Assembly: GCA_903885605.1 (NCBI GenBank)
Contig: CAISJD010000072.1
Span: 39 to 64,038, forward strand
DNA: 64,000 bases
Source of the DNA: an uncultured Chthonomonas sp.
GTDB lineage: Bacteria > Armatimonadota > Chthonomonadetes > Chthonomonadales > CAJBBX01
Direction of reading: 5' to 3'
Below are positions 31,578-40,479 of this stretch, one piece after another. The position numbers and the translations under genes are program-made. Positions within the stretch are counted from its first letter, which is position 1; each line of letters starts with the position of its first letter. Below the pieces are notes generated by a model, which saw only the letters and a program-made list of their open reading frames with translations, searched no databases and was not told the origin of the DNA.

Positions 31578-31612
31578 AGGTAGTAGGCTGTGAGGTGGGA
31601 GGCGATTCCGCC

Positions 31613-31999
31613 ATGCCGCTCGTTCTGAGCCACATCGAGAAGGCCGTGCAGTCGCTGAGGCGTTCGCTCGACCAACCGCTCGATGAGTTCTCGCGCGATG
31701 CAGTGATCCAGCGGTTCGCGTACACCTATGAACTCGCCTGGAAGCTGCTTCGCCGGGTGTTGCTGCACGAGTTCGGCCGGACCCATATCGACGGCGCGCC
31801 CCGCAGGGAGCTGTTCCGGGCCGCAGCACAACATGGGCTGATCCCGGATCCTGCTCCGTGGTTCGACTTCCATGATGCTCGGAACCTCGCCTCGCACACC
31901 TACAACGAGGTCATTTCGGACGAGGTGCACCGCGTAGCCGCCGGCTTCCTGCCGGCCGCGGAGGCGCTACTGACCGCCTTGGAGCCATTCGGTGCCTAG
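31613..31999 (+). CDS. HEPN / nucleotidyltransferase substrate-binding protein (HI0074 family)
   Basis: RDAVIQRFAYTYELAWK and RNLASHTY (R-X4-H) motifs. Confidence 0.9.
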   Translation: MPLVLSHIEKAVQSLRRSLDQPLDEFSRDAVIQRFAYTYELAWKLLRRVLLHEFGRTHIDGAPRRELFRAAAQHGLIPDPAPWFDFHDARNLASHTYNEVISDEVHRVAAGFLPAAEALLTALEPFGA

Positions 32000-32291
32000 C
32001 CTCGCCCTTGCCGCCGGCGACCTGGCGCTGGTCCGTCAGATCCTCGCCCGGCACGTGGCGGGAACGCCGGTGGTCGCCTTCGGGAGCCGCGTCACGGGTG
32101 AGGCCCGGACGTGGTCCGACCTCGACCTCATGCTCCTCACGCAGTCGCCGCCGCCGGCGCCGGCTCTGGCCGACCTGCGCGAGGAGTTCATGGTGTCGGA
32201 TCTGCCCATCAGCGTTGACGTCATCGATGCGTCACGGGCCGATCCGGCGTTCGTCGAGGCCGCGCTCCGTGGAGCTCTACCGATCGCGTAG
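31992..32291 (+). CDS. Minimal nucleotidyltransferase (MNT) antitoxin
   Basis: AFGSRVTG..SDLDL and LPISVDVID motifs; overlaps the HEPN stop. Confidence 0.9.
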   Translation: MPSLALAAGDLALVRQILARHVAGTPVVAFGSRVTGEARTWSDLDLMLLTQSPPPAPALADLREEFMVSDLPISVDVIDASRADPAFVEAALRGALPIA

Positions 32292-32341
32292 CATGGGCAT
32301 CCCATGGAGGTGCGCCGATCACGTAGCGCCTCCTCTGCTCC

Positions 32342-33799
32342 TTACTGCCGTATCGTCGCCCACTCCTTCAGCAGCTCCGGACCGCCGCCGCTGAGGAACT
32401 TCAGCATCGTCGGCGCGGCTCTGTAGGGCTTCCCGGCGGGGCCGCCCTTGCAGTCCACGAGGGATAGCTCCACCCCGACGGGCGCGCCCTTCAGCTCGCC
32501 TGGGCGGGGCCAGTTGCCGTCGTCGCGCGGGGTGCCGGCCGACGACGGGACCAGCTCCAGCCGCACGTAGAGCTGCCGGTCGGTCGGATCCAGCGCCCCG
32601 ATCTGCACGGCGCGGTCGGCCTTCGGCGCACGGAAGGCCACCCAGGGCTGCGGCTGCGCCTCGGGATAGCTGTAGTACTGCTCCGGTCCCTGATCGCCGA
32701 ACGGCGACATGTTGTTGAAGACGCTGAAGATCGTGGCCGCCGTGGTGGCCGGCGCCGCCGCCGTGCCGGAGGGGCGCACCATCTCCGTGGCCTTCAGGGC
32801 GCCGCGCGTGGCGCCGAGCCCCTGGATGCCGCCAAGCACCGGGAAGTAGGTCTCGCCCACGGGCAGGTCAGTGCGGTTGTCGATGGCCAGTTCGAAGAGC
32901 GCGCCGCCGTCGCGCAGCCGCACGGTGAGCGTGGCCGAGGCGTCGTAGGCCTCGCCCAGGTAGTTGCACAGGGGGCCATCCCATCGCAGCGTCAGCTTCC
33001 GGCCCTCGACGGCGGCGCTGCTCAGCTTCTGGTCGCGGCCGAAGATCCAGTTGGCTTCCAGCGTCTGCCATGGCTCCTTGCCGGGGATCGGCAGCGCGAA
33101 GCGGAAGCTGCCCGCCAGCCGCGGCTCCAGGATCAGGTCGAAGCCCGTCGACTTGTCCAGGATGCGCGTGATGGAGCCGTTGGCGCGGTCGGCCTCGATG
33201 GCCAGGGCCGCGTCCTCCAGGCGGAGGCTCTTGCGCGGGTCGAAGCGCCCGGACCGGCGCACGGGCTGCACGAAATCGGCCGGGAAGTCCGCCGTTCGCA
33301 CGTCGTCGATGCAGAGCATGGAGTAGGTCGCCATCTCGGCATCGTCCACGGCCTCCACGTAGACGCTCTTGCCCTTGTGCTTGGAGCCGTCGAGGTAGGC
33401 GGGCACGAAGACGGTGGTGTCGGGCGCGTAGACGCGGTCGATCTCGGTCCCGTCTGCCAGCTTCAGGGAGACGTGGTTCCAGCGCCGCGGCTGGCCGGTC
33501 CCGTGGATGGAGCTCCAGCCGGAGACGAGCAGGCGCACGGCGTCCTTATCCATGGTGAAGGGCTTGGACTTGAGAACGCCCAGCGCGGGCTCGCCCTTGC
33601 CGCCGCTCCAGGCCCAGCTCTTGCCTGCCCAGCCGGAGTAGTAGCCGCAGGAGTTGTCCACGACCACCCAGTTCGGGTCGGCAACCCAGCCGGCGAAGCC
33701 GCCGCTCTCGAACCCGCCGTTCTCGATGCCCTGCGCCCGCGCCGCCCCCGGCCAGAGGCAGGCCGCCAGAAGGGCCGTCAACGCCGCCGCTCGCCTCAT
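32342..33799 (-). CDS. Secreted carbohydrate-binding-like protein, partial paralog of neighbour
   Basis: Signal peptide, IENGGFESG module; C-half shares LTLRWDGPL segment with the 33796-35892 product. Confidence 0.7.
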   Translation of the reverse strand: MRRAAALTALLAACLWPGAARAQGIENGGFESGGFAGWVADPNWVVVDNSCGYYSGWAGKSWAWSGGKGEPALGVLKSKPFTMDKDAVRLLVSGWSSIHGTGQPRRWNHVSLKLADGTEIDRVYAPDTTVFVPAYLDGSKHKGKSVYVEAVDDAEMATYSMLCIDDVRTADFPADFVQPVRRSGRFDPRKSLRLEDAALAIEADRANGSITRILDKSTGFDLILEPRLAGSFRFALPIPGKEPWQTLEANWIFGRDQKLSSAAVEGRKLTLRWDGPLCNYLGEAYDASATLTVRLRDGGALFELAIDNRTDLPVGETYFPVLGGIQGLGATRGALKATEMVRPSGTAAAPATTAATIFSVFNNMSPFGDQGPEQYYSYPEAQPQPWVAFRAPKADRAVQIGALDPTDRQLYVRLELVPSSAGTPRDDGNWPRPGELKGAPVGVELSLVDCKGGPAGKPYRAAPTMLKFLSGGGPELLKEWATIRQ

Positions 33800-35892
33800 G
33801 GCTTGCCTCCCACTTCCTCGACGAAGACGACCCGCTCAGCGGGCACGGTGAGGACGGCCGGCACCTCCAGCGTCCTCACCTTGTGGCCCGGCACGTGCAG
33901 CCGAACCCGGCCCGACGCCGCTCCGGCGAAGCCTGGGAACGTCAGAGCGCGCGGCTCCATGCGGCTGTTGGTGAGGATGCAGACCCGGCGCCCCGTGCGG
34001 CGGTCCACCCAGACGTTGTACGCCACGCCGTCCGGCGGCCCGCCCTCCAGCTTCACCGGCTCCTGCCCCAGCGACCGGCCATAGAAGACGGCATCGGCCA
34101 GCTGGTCGCGGATCAGCTTCACCTGACGCACGTAGTCGGCCAGACCCCGCACGGGCGCCCAGTCGAGGCCCCTGCCGAAGCTCATGGGGGCCAGCATCAC
34201 CACGTGGCCGTCGCGCACCAGGTTGTTGACGCCCAGGATGTCATAGGCCTGCGTGATGCTTGTGGTCTCCACGTGCTCGGGGAAGACCTTCCGCGTGATG
34301 AGCTGGTTGCCGACCCACCAGGTGGCGCCGCCGAACTGCAGCATCCGGTCCCAGTTGCACTCGAACGACATGCACCAGTCCGGGTTCAGCTTGCGGCACG
34401 CGGCCATGATCTCCTTGCTCAGCGTGATGGCCCCCTCCCATGTGGCGCTGTCGGGGCTCAGCGGGCTGTCCGGGTTGTAGTCGATGCCCGAAGGGAACAT
34501 CTTGTCGACGTGCACGCCGTCGGCGCCGATGCTCGCCAGCCGCGCAAAGTAGTCCACGATCACCCGGCGGAACTGCGGGAAGGCGAGGTTGGCCCAGGTC
34601 ATCAGCTTCGGGTGCCCGGCCCGCGCCCAGACCGTTCCCATGCCCCACCCGGCCATCCAGGTGTAGCCGCCGCCCGGCGCCATCTCGCGGTACTTGCTCC
34701 ACTCGGTCTTGTAGCGCTCCATCTCCACCATCATGGGCTGGTAGTTGGCGAAGAAGTAGACCTTGAGGCCCAGCTTGTGGCAGTACCGGATGCCCGCCGC
34801 CAACTCCTCCCATGTGCCCAGCCGCGGGTCGGGCTCGTAGAGCGGGTAGCCGTTGTCGTGCCCGCCCATCTGCCACCCGCTCACCTGCACGGCGCCGAGC
34901 CCGGCCTTCTTCGCGGCAAGCGCCCAGCGGGGGATATCCTTGAACGTGTAGCCGATGGTGCCCTCGGGCATCATGAACATGGTCATGACGAAGAACGACT
35001 GCCGCCGTATCCAGTCCTCCGACGGCTGCACGATGCCGAACGCGCCCTGGAAGAACTCGCGGTAGAGGCGGGAGGCCGCCAGCCAGTCGCCCTTGACCAC
35101 CTGGAACATGACCGGCGAGCCGTCGAACGAGCCGCCCGGCGGCACGAAGGGGGTGTGCTGCACCGAGGCTGCCAGGTCACCGCCGCCGGCCTCGGTGAGC
35201 CGGAAGCCCTTGCTGCGCGCCACCGGGTCATGCATACCCATGTAGAGCGTCTGGCCCGTCGCCTTGCTCTGCAGGCAGGCGAAGCCCATGTTGAGCTGGC
35301 CCGGGTAGGCGAGGCCCGCGCCGCCCGCCGTGGGGAGCATCGGCCTCTCCGTCGGCGTGGAGGTCGGGAACCAGATCGTAGCGTCGGAGGGTTTGCCGTC
35401 GGCCGCGCCGAAGCCGGTGATGCCGCCGAGGTAGGGGTATGAGACCTCCTGCACCTTGCCCGGCGTCCCGTTCTCCAGGTGCAGCGCGAAGGTGAGCCCG
35501 GCGCCGGCCGCACGCGCCGTCATCCGCACCGCGATCTTGTGCTCGGAGCCGGCAGTGTCCTTCAGCGGACCATCCCAGCGGAGGGTGAGCGTGCCCCGGT
35601 TCACCGTCGAGCCCGTGAGCCGCTGCTCCCTGCCCAGGATCGTCGCCACGGACTTGTCCGGCCCCACCACCAGCAGGCGGTAGTTCCCCGCCGCGCCGGC
35701 CGGGGCCGTGAGCGTCACATCGCGGCTCGCGAAGGCCACCCGGAGCAGCGCGCCGGATTGCCGGTCGGCGTCCAGCTCCACCTGGCCGACCCGTAGCGTG
35801 ATGGGCGGCGCGGCCGGAGCCGCCAAAGCGCACGCACCCAGGACAAGGACGGCGCAAGCGGCCGATGGCCGCAGGAGCGAGTTCAGGAGCAA
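33796..35892 (-). CDS. DUF6259-like putative glycoside hydrolase
   Basis: Signal peptide; GWQMGGHDNGYPLYEPDPRLG, GLKVYFFAN, GADGVHVD barrel motifs. Confidence 0.7.
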   Translation of the reverse strand: MLLNSLLRPSAACAVLVLGACALAAPAAPPITLRVGQVELDADRQSGALLRVAFASRDVTLTAPAGAAGNYRLLVVGPDKSVATILGREQRLTGSTVNRGTLTLRWDGPLKDTAGSEHKIAVRMTARAAGAGLTFALHLENGTPGKVQEVSYPYLGGITGFGAADGKPSDATIWFPTSTPTERPMLPTAGGAGLAYPGQLNMGFACLQSKATGQTLYMGMHDPVARSKGFRLTEAGGGDLAASVQHTPFVPPGGSFDGSPVMFQVVKGDWLAASRLYREFFQGAFGIVQPSEDWIRRQSFFVMTMFMMPEGTIGYTFKDIPRWALAAKKAGLGAVQVSGWQMGGHDNGYPLYEPDPRLGTWEELAAGIRYCHKLGLKVYFFANYQPMMVEMERYKTEWSKYREMAPGGGYTWMAGWGMGTVWARAGHPKLMTWANLAFPQFRRVIVDYFARLASIGADGVHVDKMFPSGIDYNPDSPLSPDSATWEGAITLSKEIMAACRKLNPDWCMSFECNWDRMLQFGGATWWVGNQLITRKVFPEHVETTSITQAYDILGVNNLVRDGHVVMLAPMSFGRGLDWAPVRGLADYVRQVKLIRDQLADAVFYGRSLGQEPVKLEGGPPDGVAYNVWVDRRTGRRVCILTNSRMEPRALTFPGFAGAASGRVRLHVPGHKVRTLEVPAVLTVPAERVVFVEEVGGKP

Positions 35893-36064
35893 GGTTCCCC
35901 TCCATCGCCGGCGAGGCTATGGGCCACACCCACCGGCAAGAAGCAGGTTCGCCCCTCGGCGGCCGGTCTCCTGCCTGGCCAAGAGCATGAGGCGATCACT
36001 GCGGGTCAGCAGACGCAGAGGGTAGAGTAGTGCCATGGCGCCATGTGCGAGCAGGAGTGAACCC

Positions 36065-36289
36065 ATGTCAGGACTTCAGGCCCCACAATCGACGCGGTTC
36101 GTGACCGTAGACGGCCGTCGGCTCGCCGTGATGGATGCCGGCGACTGGGAGGCGGTAGTGGAGTGGCTCGAGGCGCTGGAGGACGCCGGCATCGCCGCCG
36201 CGGCTCGCAGCATCCTGGCGGCGGCGCACGGCGACCGGGCCCGAGCCGGTTGGGCCAAGTGGGATAGCGTCCGCGCCGACCTCGCGTGA
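36065..36289 (+). CDS. Antitoxin copy 1 (orphan)
   Basis: MSGLQAPQSTRFVTVDGRRLAVMDAGDWEAVVEWLEALED, near-identical to 37389-37613. Confidence 0.75.
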   Translation: MSGLQAPQSTRFVTVDGRRLAVMDAGDWEAVVEWLEALEDAGIAAAARSILAAAHGDRARAGWAKWDSVRADLA

Positions 36290-36316
36290 GCGACTACACG
36301 GTCTGGGTGACGCCGC
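36286..36316 (+). pseudogene. RelE toxin remnant (10 codons)
   Basis: VSDYTVWVTP versus intact VSSYAVWVTPQ..., then similarity ends. Confidence 0.8.
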
Positions 36317-36323
36317 CCTTGAC

Positions 36324-36368
36324 GTCGCCCTGAGTGAAGCGAAGGGCCCCGACTCCTTCGCCGCGCCC
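36324..36368. repeat. Degenerate REP-like palindromic element
   Basis: GTCGCCCTGAGTGAAGCGAAGG...CCTTCGCCGCGC resembles the recalled GTCATCCTGAGCGAAGCGAAGG...CCTTCGCTGCGCTCAGGATGAC repeat class. Confidence 0.5.
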
Positions 36369-36387
36369 TCGTACCCCTGCCCCGCCC

Positions 36388-37239
36388 CTACCGCACCCCG
36401 ACCATCAGCCCCTTGCAGTAGCCCACGCTCTCGGCGAGGCCCGGTAGCGGGTCGGCGCCGTCCTTCTCGTACTCGAAGTCGGCCATGCCGCGGAAGTCGA
36501 TCTTAACCAGCGCGGCCAGCACGGCCTTCAGGTCCAGCACGCCGCGGCCGGCCTCCAGCGTGCCGCCCTTGGGCTCGGCGCGGTCCACGTCCTTCAGGTG
36601 CACGTCGTAGAGCCGATCGCGGTGCTTGAGGATGGCCTTTGCCGGATCGACCCCGGCGCGGAGCGTGTGGCCCACGTCGATGCAGAAGCCGATCCGCTTG
36701 TCGTGGTCCTTGATGGTCTCCCAGACCACGTCGGGAGTGGCGAAGCGCTTGTCGCCGGGGCCGTGGTTGTGGATGGCGAGCCGGATGTCGAACTCCGCCA
36801 CGTAGCGGTCCAGCAGGCCCACGATGGCCGGGTCGAAGCTGCAGACCATGACCGGCGCGCCCAGGTCGCGGGTGTACTCGAAGGCGTTGCGGATGCCCGG
36901 TTCGTCGTTGGGCAGGTAGACGACCCCGCAGCTCAGCGGCGCGACGCCTGCCTCCCGAAGCTTGGCGGCCACGGCCTTGCGCTGCTCGGGCGCGCTCTTC
37001 AGCGGCAGGTGCATCTCCTTCAGCGAGACGCAGTCCAGCCCCACGCGCCTGGTCCCGGCGATGAGCACGTCGAGCCCGAAGCTCCGGAAGGTGTAGCTGG
37101 CCACGCCGATCCGGAGGCCGTGCCACGGGCCCGCGGGCGGGGCGGGTTCGGCCCGGGCCTCGCCGGCAAGGGCGGGCATCCCCGCCACCGCCAGACCCGC
37201 GCCCAGCAACTCACGTCGGTTCACCAGCGCACCAGCCAT
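36388..37239 (-). CDS. Sugar phosphate isomerase/epimerase (xylose isomerase-like TIM barrel), Tat-exported
   Basis: NRRELLGAG signal; LAIHNHG, CIDVGH, VHLKD, FEYE. Confidence 0.9.
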   Translation of the reverse strand: MAGALVNRRELLGAGLAVAGMPALAGEARAEPAPPAGPWHGLRIGVASYTFRSFGLDVLIAGTRRVGLDCVSLKEMHLPLKSAPEQRKAVAAKLREAGVAPLSCGVVYLPNDEPGIRNAFEYTRDLGAPVMVCSFDPAIVGLLDRYVAEFDIRLAIHNHGPGDKRFATPDVVWETIKDHDKRIGFCIDVGHTLRAGVDPAKAILKHRDRLYDVHLKDVDRAEPKGGTLEAGRGVLDLKAVLAALVKIDFRGMADFEYEKDGADPLPGLAESVGYCKGLMVGVR

Positions 37240-37340
37240 GTCGGCCCCTCCTGTCGTGCGGTTCCCACGGACTCCCCTGCAGGTTACCCGACGCTGGGCT
37301 GGGCGGCGCGGCAAAACGATGGCCGCATTCTGACAAGCGT

Positions 37341-37640
37341 AGAGGGTAGAGTAGTGCCATGGTGCCATGCGCGAGCAGGAGTGAACCCATGTCAGGACTT
37401 CAGGCCCTACAATCGACGCAGTTTGTTACCGTTGACGGTCGCCGCCTGGCCGTGATGGATGCCGGGGACTGGGAGGCGGTAGTGGAGTGGCTCGAATCGC
37501 TGGAGGATGCCTCCATCGCCGCCGCGGCGCGGAGCGCCCTGGCCGCGACACACGGCGACCGTGCACGAGCAGGCTGGGCCAGGTGGGATGACGTTCGCGC
37601 AGACCTGCTGTGAGCAGCTACGCCGTCTGGGTCACGCCGC
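37341..37640. repeat. Second copy of the 300-bp duplicate (intact TA locus)
   Basis: See 36017-36316. Confidence 0.95.
37389..37613 (+). CDS. Antitoxin of RelE/ParE-type TA pair
   Basis: AGGAG RBS; acidic ELED-like core, ends WDDVRADLL; GTGA overlap with the toxin. Confidence 0.8.
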   Translation: MSGLQALQSTQFVTVDGRRLAVMDAGDWEAVVEWLESLEDASIAAAARSALAATHGDRARAGWARWDDVRADLL

Positions 37641-37912
37641 AGGCGCTCGCTGAGATACGTGACCTCCCGGGCCATATGCGCCAGCGAGTCCGCCGTGCGG
37701 TCGATGGGCTAGCAGTAGAGCCCCGTCCATCCCTCAGTAGTGTGTTGGGGGCTCACGAGACTCAAAGCCAGGTTCGGCGTCTCCGCCTTGATCGATGGCG
37801 GATCGTCTACACCGTGGACGACGTTGAACGAGCCATTGATGTACTCGCAGTGCGAAAGCGCCCACCCTACGACTACAAAGACCTGGAGCGCCTTCTGACG
37901 TGTGGTATGTAG
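37610..37912 (+). CDS. relE: RelE/ParE-family toxin
   Basis: YAVWVTPQALAEIRDL, RRLRLDRWRIVY, VLAVRKRPPYDY. Confidence 0.85.
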   Translation: MSSYAVWVTPQALAEIRDLPGHMRQRVRRAVDGLAVEPRPSLSSVLGAHETQSQVRRLRLDRWRIVYTVDDVERAIDVLAVRKRPPYDYKDLERLLTCGM

Positions 37913-37973
37913 CGCCCTCTCCAACCGACCCGACGCCGGGCCGGGCGGCGCGGAGTGTGGCATGATGGAGGGT

Positions 37974-38639
37974 ATGGAGCCCACGCCACCCAACCGAGCC
38001 GCACCGTCGACCGCCTCCCATGACCTCGCCCATGCCATCCGGCTGGAGGCCCTGACGCTTGCCTGGATGGTGGCCGAGGCGACGCTGGCGCTCTGGGCGG
38101 GGATCGCGGCGGGCAGCGTGCTGCTGGTGGCCTTCGGTGCCGACAGCATCATCGAGCTGGCCTCGGCCGTCGTGCTCATGGCGCGGCTGCTGGGCCAGTG
38201 GCGGGGCAGGCTGGACGAGGCCGGCATCGAGCGCGCCGAGGCCCGGGCGGGGCGCATCGCCGGGGCGCTCCTCTACCTGCTGGCCGCCTACGTGGTCATC
38301 GAGAGCGGGCTGGCGCTCTGGCAGCGCGAGGCGGCGGGTGAGTCGTGGCTTGGCATGGCCGTGACGGGCGCGGCGGCTCTGGGGATGCCGGTGCTGGCGC
38401 GGGCCAAGCTGCGCGTGGCGGCGCGGATCGGCAGCGGAGCGCTCCGGGCCGACGCCATGGAGACGCTCACGTGCGGCTACCTCTCGTGGGCCGTGCTGGC
38501 GGGGCTCGCGGCGAACCGGCTCCTCGGCTGGTGGTGGCTCGACGCGGCGGCGGCGCTGGCCATCGTGCCGATCCTGGTCAAAGAGGGCCGCGAGGCGCTC
38601 TCCGGCGGCTGCTCCTGCTGCCACGGCGAGGAAGCGTAG
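37974..38639 (+). CDS. Cation-efflux (CDF/TMEM163-like) membrane protein
   Basis: LVAFGADSIIELAS, ALRADAME, GWWWLD, KEGREA, C-terminal CSCCH. Confidence 0.85.
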   Translation: MEPTPPNRAAPSTASHDLAHAIRLEALTLAWMVAEATLALWAGIAAGSVLLVAFGADSIIELASAVVLMARLLGQWRGRLDEAGIERAEARAGRIAGALLYLLAAYVVIESGLALWQREAAGESWLGMAVTGAAALGMPVLARAKLRVAARIGSGALRADAMETLTCGYLSWAVLAGLAANRLLGWWWLDAAAALAIVPILVKEGREALSGGCSCCHGEEA

Positions 38640-38650
38640 GACCGCGCCGC

Positions 38651-38680
38651 TCGGTGCTTCACGCCGGCGAGCTTCGGCAT
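38651..38680 (-). pseudogene. hicA: HicA toxin N-terminal remnant
   Basis: ATG 1 bp after the hicB stop, MPKLAGVKHR typical HicA start, then runs into the convergent CDF gene. Confidence 0.6.
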
Positions 38681-38681
38681 G

Positions 38682-38906
38682 TCAGACGCGTACTGAGATC
38701 GTCCGGGAGACCGCGCCGGCCAACCTGGCCAGATCGCCCTGAACGGCCAGGTAGTCGCATATCGCGTCGCGAATGTTGTCCAGGGCTTCGTCCTCGGTGG
38801 CTCCTTGCGAGGCGCAGCCGGGCAACCCCGGCACCCAGACCGCCCAGCCCTCCTCCGACGGAAGCACGGCAACCGAGTACCCCTGCTGCATTGCGTCCAT
38901 GGTCAT
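38682..38906 (-). CDS. hicB: HicB-family antitoxin
   Basis: YSVAVLPSEEGWAVWVPGLPGCASQGATEDEALDNIRDAI; GGGAGG RBS. Confidence 0.88.
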   Translation of the reverse strand: MTMDAMQQGYSVAVLPSEEGWAVWVPGLPGCASQGATEDEALDNIRDAICDYLAVQGDLARLAGAVSRTISVRV

Positions 38907-39057
38907 CGCGTCCCTCCCAAGCCCCGATGCGGCCTCCCTGGCCGGTCTCGACCTTCCACTGCAGGTTACCCGAACCCGGAGCGCCGCGCCTGCGCAGGCA
39001 GGAACCCGGCGCGGCGGCGGCGAAGTGTGGGGCACCATCGCCGGTAGGAGGCCCGCC

Positions 39058-39849
39058 ATGCGCAACGTGAACATCGGAGGCTGCGCCGTCAGCCGCTTCA
39101 TCCTGGGCAGCAACCCCTTCAGCGGCTTTTCGCACCAGTCGCCCGAGACGGACCTGGCCATGAAGCGCCACTTCACCACGGCGCGCATCAAGCAGACCTT
39201 GCGCGAAGCCGAGGGGCTGGGCATCAACACGCTCATCGCCCGGACCGACCACCACGTCATGCGCGTGCTGCTGGAGTACGGCGACGAGGGCGGCAGCCTC
39301 CAGTGGTTCGCCCAGACCTGCCCCGAGGTCGGCAGCCACCAGGTCTGCGTGGAGCGCGCCGGCTGGGGAGGCGCCCGCGCGTGCCACATCCACGGCGGCG
39401 TCATGGACTACCTGGTGGCGAACAAGCGGCTGGACGAGATCCCCGGCGTCATCGACCTGATCCGCTCCAAGGGCATGCTGGCGGGCATCGCGGGGCACAA
39501 CCCGGCCGTCTTCGAGTGGGCCGAGGAGCACCTCGACACCGACTACTACCTCTGCTGCTACTACAACTCGGCCAACCGCGATGAGCGCGCCGAGCACGTC
39601 AGCGGCCAGAAGGAGTGGTTCCTCGAGGAGGACCGCCTGCGCATGACGGAGCTGATCGCCGGCATCAAGCGCCCGGTCATCCACTACAAGATCATGGCCG
39701 CCGGCCGCAACGACCCAGCCGAAGCCTTCGCCACCGCCGCCCGCCACATGCACGCCAACGACGCCGTCTGCGTGGGCATCTATGACCCGGAGGGGCAGGG
39801 CCTCCTGGCAGAGGACGTGCGGCTCCTCAACCAGGCCCTGGGGGAGTAG
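39058..39849 (+). CDS. Aldo/keto-reductase-like TIM-barrel protein
   Basis: VSRFILGSNPFSGFSH, AGIAGHNP, PVIHYKIMAAGR; AGGAGG RBS. Confidence 0.75.
   Translation: MRNVNIGGCAVSRFILGSNPFSGFSHQSPETDLAMKRHFTTARIKQTLREAEGLGINTLIARTDHHVMRVLLEYGDEGGSLQWFAQTCPEVGSHQVCVERAGWGGARACHIHGGVMDYLVANKRLDEIPGVIDLIRSKGMLAGIAGHNPAVFEWAEEHLDTDYYLCCYYNSANRDERAEHVSGQKEWFLEEDRLRMTELIAGIKRPVIHYKIMAAGRNDPAEAFATAARHMHANDAVCVGIYDPEGQGLLAEDVRLLNQALGE
39730..39849. repeat. Direct repeat C1: functional 3' end of the 39058 gene
   Basis: About 12 mismatches in 117 nt to 43937-44059, half of them synonymous. Confidence 0.95.
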
Positions 39850-39855
39850 AGGGGC

Positions 39856-40479
39856 TCAGGTCTGCGGCTCCAGACCCAGCGCACCAACCTGCTGCAGGCC
39901 GTCGCCCAGGATGCACCGGCATAGGGCAAATGCGGTATCGGGGTCCATCTCCTCGAAGGGATGGATCATGACGGACATCGGCATCGGCGGCTGCCAGCCG
40001 ACAGACAGCGTGAACGCAATCCCCGAGAGGAGACATGCCCCGTTCCTCTTGTAGAACGAGATTCGCCGCTCGGCATCGGCTCGGCACTCGCTACCGTGAC
40101 AGGAAGCGGGATCCTCGACCTCGATGACCAGCGCCCTCGCACCGCAGCACCGGCACTGGCGCGCGATATGCCTGTACATGGCTGAGCCAACACCCCGGCT
40201 CCGTTCGGTGGGCTTAACGGCGAGATACCAAAGCGCGGCGGCATCGGTCTGCGGTACCATCTCCCAGTTACTGAGTCCAAGGAAAAGCCCGTCCTCGTCA
40301 GTAGCAGCCATGTGGATGGCATGCGACTGAGCGCCACATGCCCGCTGCCCGATCTCCGTGAGATGTGTGCTGACTAGTGCCTGTTCACCTAAGGGGAATG
40401 ACTTCTGGTACAAGTCAAGCCATGGCCCTAACAGAGGGTCCTGCAGCGCTGTGATCTCCATCATCCGCAGATCGCTCAC
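39856..40479 (-). CDS. GNAT N-acetyltransferase
   Basis: LWYLAVKPTERSRGVGS acetyl-CoA motif A, RRISFYKRNG; GTGA overlap with the ATPase stop. Confidence 0.88.
   Translation of the reverse strand: MSDLRMMEITALQDPLLGPWLDLYQKSFPLGEQALVSTHLTEIGQRACGAQSHAIHMAATDEDGLFLGLSNWEMVPQTDAAALWYLAVKPTERSRGVGSAMYRHIARQCRCCGARALVIEVEDPASCHGSECRADAERRISFYKRNGACLLSGIAFTLSVGWQPPMPMSVMIHPFEEMDPDTAFALCRCILGDGLQQVGALGLEPQT

Larger units (their letters stand above)
36017..36316. repeat. 300-bp diverged duplicate of the relBE-like promoter, antitoxin and first toxin codons
   Basis: Colinear with 37341-37640 (constant offset 1324). Confidence 0.95.

Noticed and set aside
31004-31612. Long N-terminal extension on the HEPN ORF
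   Set aside because: Overlaps GH29 in another frame; the real start is ATG 31613 with an RBS.
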